From NCBI GenBank assembly GCA_963787125.1, contig CAWBBV010000004.1, positions 96,001 through 160,000 on the forward strand: 64,000 bases of DNA, written 5' to 3'. The stretch's first letter is position 1. Each line of letters starts with the position of its first letter. Below, one piece after another: positions 59,319 to 64,000 of this stretch. The notes beneath the pieces were generated by a model. The model did no database searches. It had not been told where the DNA came from and saw only the letters and a program-made list of their open reading frames with translations. Both the position numbers and the translations under genes were made by a program. The stretch is from an uncultured delta proteobacterium (lineage in GTDB: Bacteria; Desulfobacterota; Desulfuromonadia; Geobacterales; DSM-12255).

Positions 59319-60221
59319 TCAAGGCAACACCATGGGTGTCATATCTGTCATTCTAGATCGCTCATTTGTAGAAGCAGAAATAGCTTGCACACCATAATAA
59401 TAAACCTTCAATTTCTCCGCAGTTCTATCAATATAGGTGTTCGTGCCGTTTGGCAGATCGGCAATTTTTCTTTTAATTACTCCGTCCGGGTCTTCGGTTC
59501 TGAATACCATATATCCGGTTACCCACTCTGGGTCTTGGGGTGAGAGCTTCCAATTAAGCTGGAGGCCTGTTTCTGTAGGCTTGACGAGCAATTCTCTATC
59601 TATGTCAATATTGATGTAAACCTTAATATCTACTGATTCGCTCTTATCGTCTGCATTAATTGATACAATTGCCCTACCTAAGTTTAATGCGGTCATTACT
59701 CCATTACTATCGACAGACACTATATTTGAATCGCTGCTAGTATAAGTAGCACTAATTTCCCTTCGAACATTATCTGTGAATAGACCTTGAACCCTTAGTT
59801 TCCTTGTATTTAATGGTTTACCAACCGCGCTTTTCAAAATTGAATCACTTTTGCCTACAATAATTTTTTCCAATTTAACATCCGATTGAAGTTGAACTGT
59901 GATACTTATTGATGATTCCACTACATCTCTGTCTTTGTTAATTTTTGAAATAGCAGTAATTTTTTCTTTACCTACATATTGATCATCTAATTTTAGCTCA
60001 GTTTCAAAAGGAGGCCCTTCAAGAATTTCCGAACCACCTCTTGTTGTTTTAATCCACATTCCATTAAGCTTTTCTCCATGCGAAGGAAGAACTACAACTT
60101 TTACTTTCTGCCCTGTATGAAAAACAGCATTGTTCTCAGGTTGCACGATGGTAATAGCATAACCTTTACTTACTACGTCCATTAATAGAAGCCATAAGAT
60201 TACACTCGCCTTTCTATTCAT
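59319..60221 (-). CDS. Secreted Ig-like (Big_2) + FN3-like domain protein
   Basis: YTSSDSNIVSVDSNG, LNW...GYMVFR and YYYGVQA motifs. Confidence 0.72.
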   Translation of the reverse strand: MNRKASVILWLLLMDVVSKGYAITIVQPENNAVFHTGQKVKVVVLPSHGEKLNGMWIKTTRGGSEILEGPPFETELKLDDQYVGKEKITAISKINKDRDVVESSISITVQLQSDVKLEKIIVGKSDSILKSAVGKPLNTRKLRVQGLFTDNVRREISATYTSSDSNIVSVDSNGVMTALNLGRAIVSINADDKSESVDIKVYINIDIDRELLVKPTETGLQLNWKLSPQDPEWVTGYMVFRTEDPDGVIKRKIADLPNGTNTYIDRTAEKLKVYYYGVQAISASTNERSRMTDMTPMVLP

Positions 60222-60240
60222 ATATATCCTTGATTGTGTT

Positions 60241-60293
60241 ACCGAACGGCTCAGAGCCTCAGCTGTGAAAACAGCTGTAGGCTCTGGTTGGGG
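60241..60293 (-). other. attC site (short)
   Basis: ACCGAAC...CAGAGCCTCAGCTG/CAGCTGTAGGCTCTG GTTGGGG. Confidence 0.85.
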
Positions 60294-60310
60294 AATATTT
60301 GTTTATACGC

Positions 60311-60880
60311 TTAGTTGTAACAGTCAATCATATTATGTAAATCTTTATAAAGATGTATTTTTAAATAATTAGTTATTACCTCTTTACTGCCACCATCACT
60401 CCCATGAGATATAGTCCCCATTATTCTGAAGGAACGAGCTGACTCTCTTTTTACCAAACTGACAGTCTCATCAGAGCAACAGTTGAACTTGTATTCTACT
60501 AATATAAATTTATCCTTCATATGCATCTGAGTAATAATCACCTTATTTATATTTGGATTACTATTATTGATCATAATAAACTCTTTTATTTCGTCCTCAT
60601 AAGTCTTGTTATTGCATATATTTATTGAATTTACGTAAATATCATAAGGTAGCAGTAATGTGTCAAACGTAAGCGATAATGGTAAATCTAATATTGCAGG
60701 CACAGTTGGAACAAGTTCTTTTGCAGATATAAAATCCATATCTAACCTTGTAGCAGGATAAATACCCGACTTATTGAATAACGATGAAAAATTCCAAGGC
60801 TTATCGTCATTTTGACGTGCATAGTAAGTTGCGCACCCAGAGCAGAATAAAATGAGCAAACCGATAATTAAGTATTTCAT
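60311..60880 (-). CDS. YceK/YidQ-like lipoprotein with a C-terminal extension
   Basis: Lipobox CSGC; YPATRLD and DLPLSLTFDTLLLPYD motifs. Confidence 0.72.
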   Translation of the reverse strand: MKYLIIGLLILFCSGCATYYARQNDDKPWNFSSLFNKSGIYPATRLDMDFISAKELVPTVPAILDLPLSLTFDTLLLPYDIYVNSINICNNKTYEDEIKEFIMINNSNPNINKVIITQMHMKDKFILVEYKFNCCSDETVSLVKRESARSFRIMGTISHGSDGGSKEVITNYLKIHLYKDLHNMIDCYN

Positions 60881-60897
60881 TCTTTTCCTTTTACGAA

Positions 60898-60959
60898 TCC
60901 CAACGGCTTCGCAGTTGACCCGCCGTCTTTTTGGGCGGTGTCCAACGGCGTGGTTATAC
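60898..60959 (-). other. attC site
   Basis: TCCCAAC...GTTGACCCGCC/GGCGGTGTCCAAC...GTTATAC. Confidence 0.88.
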
Positions 60960-60997
60960 CTTCGGGTCACGCCGTTGGAACTGAAGAAGCCTCCATT

Positions 60998-61336
60998 TCA
61001 GGAGGTAATCCAAATTGGGAATTTTTTCAAAAATGAAGTTATGGTGGGATACCCTGCCTGTTTACATAGGTGCTGAACCTCCAGAAATTCTTTCAGCGAT
61101 GTTTCTAAAGAAAACTGTAGAAGAGTTGGGGTATGCAAGACAAGGTTTTCGTAGGTGCTTATTTTGGTTTCGAGTGTTTCTAAAAAGTTGTCCCATTCGG
61201 TTTTGGAATTGGTGTTCATATTGGTTGGCTGCTTTATGGCAAGGAGGGCATAATTCATGGAGTCAATTTTCCTTTTATAATTTATTTTTAAAGATTTTCT
61301 TAATAACTGTGACTGCGGTATTTTCAACTCTGTCAT
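60998..61336 (-). CDS. Hypothetical protein
   Basis: ORF overlapping the upstream stop (ATGA); start uncertain. Confidence 0.4.
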   Translation of the reverse strand: MTELKIPQSQLLRKSLKINYKRKIDSMNYALLAIKQPTNMNTNSKTEWDNFLETLETKISTYENLVLHTPTLLQFSLETSLKEFLEVQHLCKQAGYPTITSFLKKFPIWITS

Positions 61337-61635
61337 TCTACTTTTATGGACTCTTCAATGATTTGAGTCACTTTACCATCACTCAGGTTTATTACTCTTC
61401 GGTTTATAGTTATTTGGTCGGAGCGGCATTGTTTGAATTTGTCATAAAGCCACGCCGCAACAAGGCTTGAAGGTACTCCTGTAGCAACACTAATAACAAT
61501 GGTCACCGCAATATCAGCGGCGCTAAAATCCTTGTTAATGGTGATTGTAGGCAGGTTAAACGAAACACCAGAAGGAATGTTGTTATTTAGAAGAAATGCA
61601 TCCTTGTTATTTGAGAGATTAACTTCAATTTGCAT
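61333..61635 (-). CDS. Small protein with one hydrophobic helix
   Basis: RBS GAAGGAG; IAVTIVISVATGVPSSLVAAWLYD. Confidence 0.55.
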   Translation of the reverse strand: MQIEVNLSNNKDAFLLNNNIPSGVSFNLPTITINKDFSAADIAVTIVISVATGVPSSLVAAWLYDKFKQCRSDQITINRRVINLSDGKVTQIIEESIKVE

Positions 61636-62010
61636 TTTGCTGATCTCCTTCTGTTTTATTGTTGATTCTTTTGGCGAGTACTTCTCCGGTTTCTGTGTCG
61701 TAAAGCCATATCTGCTCAATGCTTGCGCCTAAATAATGAGATGATGTACTCCACCCGTGATTATAAGGGTAGGTAGGCTCACTGTAATTGCTTGTTGATT
61801 TTAAAATGTATGGGTCAACCAATTTTACAATTACAAGAACAGCTAAATCGTCTTTTAGCCTTTTTGCCTTTTGCGGGTCAACTGTGATTGTAAATTTTGG
61901 GTCGTTTATACTGGAACAGTTTGTACCTTGTATTGAAAAACTATCACCCCTAATCATTGTTGCCCTGACAATAGCTCCGAAGCCATTAGTTGCAGTGTAA
62001 GGGGGTCTTA
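61625..62010 (-). pseudogene. 5'-truncated gene fragment
   Basis: The frame stays open upstream of ATG 61957 (YTATNGFGAIV) without a start codon or RBS. Confidence 0.4.
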
Positions 62011-62087
62011 GGTTGTTATTCGCCTTTGTTTTAATTCGCCTTATGTCTTTGACTTTATTAGCCTTTTAGCTGCCGCGAAGCGGTTTA

Positions 62088-62180
62088 GTTCAACGGCTTC
62101 GCGCATGACCTGCGTGGAGGAAGGAGTAACAATGAAAAAGGATAATGTGAAACCGCGACAGGTCGATGCGCTTGTTATGC
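62088..62180 (-). other. attC site (93 bp) with an RBS and ATG in its loop
   Basis: GTTCAAC...GCGCATGACCTG/CAGGTCGATGCGC...GTTATGC. Confidence 0.85.
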
Positions 62181-62425
62181 AAATTGGGCGAATCGAAGTC
62201 GTAAATATTTCCCGTTCAGAGTCAAATTTAGACAAAGCGTGTGACTCCGCATATTGGCTAGCGGTAAACAAATTCGGTATTGACGAATGTGGACACTCGC
62301 AAAAGCTCACAGAATGGGAAAGGTCGTCTTGCTGGGTAGAGTTGGAATTCAGCTCCTACAAGCGGGTAGGTGAACAGCACTATTACACTTTCACGGCAAC
62401 CGCTAAGAAAAATATCGAAGAATAG
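62132..62425 (+). CDS. Inverted cassette gene (97 aa) starting inside its own attC
   Basis: GGAGGAAGGAG RBS then ATG 62132; the ORF ends 4 bp before the next attC. Confidence 0.65.
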   Translation: MKKDNVKPRQVDALVMQIGRIEVVNISRSESNLDKACDSAYWLAVNKFGIDECGHSQKLTEWERSSCWVELEFSSYKRVGEQHYYTFTATAKKNIEE

Positions 62426-62429
62426 GTTT

Positions 62430-62486
62430 GCATAACGCCATAAGCCTGACCGGCGGTTTCTTGGCCGGTCTTGGCGCAAGTTGGAC
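62430..62486 (-). other. attC site
   Basis: GCATAAC...GACCGGC/GCCGGTC...GTTGGAC; same family as 39995 and 45774. Confidence 0.88.
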
Positions 62487-62546
62487 ATGTCCAGTTTCGC
62501 TCTGTTAAGTTACATCACTTACAAGCAGTTCCTCTGAATTCATTTT

Positions 62547-63269
62547 TCATGAAGTTCGCTTTTTAGAGCGTTTTGGCATATCTTCTTTTGCTTTTTCTAT
62601 TTTGGGGAGCCAAACCCGAAATGATTTAGTTTCTGTCGGTGCAGAGAAAGTAATAGTGGTGATTTGGTCTGGTACAACATTCTTGACGTATATGTGCTGT
62701 CCACCGATAGGTTGGTCATTTACACCAAAATAATCAATGCAAACATAATTCATATCATAATTGCCAGAATGCTTCTGCGTTCTTACAAAACTTCTAACAA
62801 CAACTTCAATATGTTGTCCTGCATAGACCGCTTTTGATTCAACACCCAAAATTTTTAAAATACCATTGTTGTCAATACCCCTTTCTTCAACCTTGCGTTG
62901 CCGGGATTCAATTCCCTTTTTTAGTGCTTGTTCAAACTTGGCAGGCTCAATGTAACCGATGATGGCTTCACAGACGGTACGGTCTTTTTCAGTGTGTTCA
63001 GTCGCCTTAACACGCTTTATGTAACCACTGGTAAGAACTTGGATAATGTCGCTGGTCAGGGCGGAATCCGTGACAATAGTAGTGGAGTCCACAAACGCCT
63101 TGTATGATTCCACGGCATTACGTATTGCCAGAGTACGTGTAAGTTGTCGTGCCTCAGTAAGGCTTTCCTTGTCACCATAGGTATAACAATAGTGGCCATT
63201 AATGGTGTCTTCCGAAATTGCAACAGTAGCAAACAAAATTGTTGTCAACAAAAATACCAGTATTTTCAT
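62547..63269 (-). CDS. Secreted hypothetical protein
   Basis: Signal peptide; RBS AAAGGA; 240 aa. Confidence 0.7.
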   Translation of the reverse strand: MKILVFLLTTILFATVAISEDTINGHYCYTYGDKESLTEARQLTRTLAIRNAVESYKAFVDSTTIVTDSALTSDIIQVLTSGYIKRVKATEHTEKDRTVCEAIIGYIEPAKFEQALKKGIESRQRKVEERGIDNNGILKILGVESKAVYAGQHIEVVVRSFVRTQKHSGNYDMNYVCIDYFGVNDQPIGGQHIYVKNVVPDQITTITFSAPTETKSFRVWLPKIEKAKEDMPKRSKKRTS

Positions 63270-63358
63270 GATTCATCCTTTCGATATGGTTTTGCGAGGC
63301 TTAAAAATGTCTGGGGGGCAGACCATTGTTCTGCCTTCAGGTATGACGGAAAGGCAGT

Positions 63359-63898
63359 TCAACACGCAGTGTGGTCACAGCTACGCTCTATCTCTTCCCT
63401 TATATATTCAAAACGGGACACAAGAAATTCCGTCTCCGCCAAGAATGATATTGGAATAAAGGCCTGGATGCCTCCCCAAGGATTGCCATAGCGATCACTG
63501 TGATATCGTCCCATTTGGTCCGTCCGATTCTTGTCCTGCTGTTCCTTTATTATAAGTTCTTCGATTTCATCTTCTTTATGCCCTAGAAACTGTGTAATGA
63601 AGGGCACCTCCAGCTGAAATTGCTCATTTGGGTACGCAGCATTATAGTCTGCAAGCAACCCTCGGATGTAATGATGGGGTGGTGTTTTTTTGCCGCTTCT
63701 TGAGATTGCATATTTCAGGAATAGTTCAATGCCGTGGTGAAGTAAGGACATGACGACGGATGCATGGCTAAATGACGTCGCAAAGGAACCATTAATCATG
63801 TCGTTGCAAAGCCGCTGCGCTCCGTCCAGGTTAGCAACACAAAGAGCGTAATGGAGATCCGCTTCATCAAGGCCAGCAAGCTCAGAATTCGTGATCAT
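63359..63898 (-). CDS. HEPN-like domain protein
   Basis: HHGIELFLK...HYIRGL...RY pattern. Confidence 0.5.
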   Translation of the reverse strand: MITNSELAGLDEADLHYALCVANLDGAQRLCNDMINGSFATSFSHASVVMSLLHHGIELFLKYAISRSGKKTPPHHYIRGLLADYNAAYPNEQFQLEVPFITQFLGHKEDEIEELIIKEQQDKNRTDQMGRYHSDRYGNPWGGIQAFIPISFLAETEFLVSRFEYIREEIERSCDHTAC

Positions 63899-63910
63899 TT
63901 TTTCTCTCTG

Positions 63911-63971
63911 GTTCAACGGGGTGAGCCTTCACCTGCCAGGTTTTAGGGCAGGTGCAAGGCGTCGGTTATGC
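63911..63971 (-). other. attC site
   Basis: GTTCAAC...GCCTTCACCTGCC/GGCAGGTGCAAGGC...GTTATGC. Confidence 0.88.
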
Positions 63972-64000
63972 CTCGCCGTTCTCATTGCAATGGTGCGAAA

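Larger units (their letters stand above)
30092..64000 (-). mobile_element. Integron gene-cassette array (21 attC sites; intI/attI not in the window)
   Basis: Regularly spaced RYYYAAC...GTTRRRY palindromes after mostly co-oriented minus-strand ORFs; R' and R'' cores of most cassettes are complementary. Confidence 0.93.

Noticed and set aside
62041..62310. Minus-strand ORF as the gene of the 62181-62429 cassette
   Set aside because: No evident RBS and it runs through the whole attC; the plus-strand ORF has a strong RBS and fits the cassette.
30092..64000. CRISPR array
   Set aside because: The repeats are variable attC palindromes separated by whole genes; there are no constant repeats with short spacers and no cas genes.

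Overview
The window looks like a Geobacteraceae/Desulfuromonadia-type chromosome (an inference from gene content). About 1-25 kb is housekeeping: 3' end of pgi, a large NAD-glutamate dehydrogenase, cytochrome c, a MerR regulator, a GH13 enzyme, lipoproteins, lipA, a Sel1-repeat protein, a thiolase, gcvT-H-PA-PB and sbcDC. At 25-30 kb lie a frameshifted DUF4062/ATP-binding gene and a RAYT-like HUH transposase bounded by 25-bp inverted repeats. One of those repeats is interrupted by an IS110 whose putative bridge-RNA guides can be read from the sequence. From about 30.1 kb to the window end runs a minus-strand integron cassette array with 21 clear attC sites; no integrase is inside the window. 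The array holds three group IIC-attC introns, one IS1380 and a fourth, CL/IIB-type intron whose EBS1/EBS2 match the attC R' arm. The most notable cargo is a 3.7-kb AT-rich three-gene cassette (nucleotide kinase-PurC fusion, HEAT-repeat/transmembrane protein, AAA_28 NTPase) that is a candidate undescribed nucleotide-based defence system. Also notable are a terpene-synthase-like/hydrolase/DedA cassette, a DUF3800 gene with a downstream RNA motif, and an inverted cassette gene whose RBS and start codon lie inside the attC loop. All family calls come from motif recognition by eye, not from database searches.
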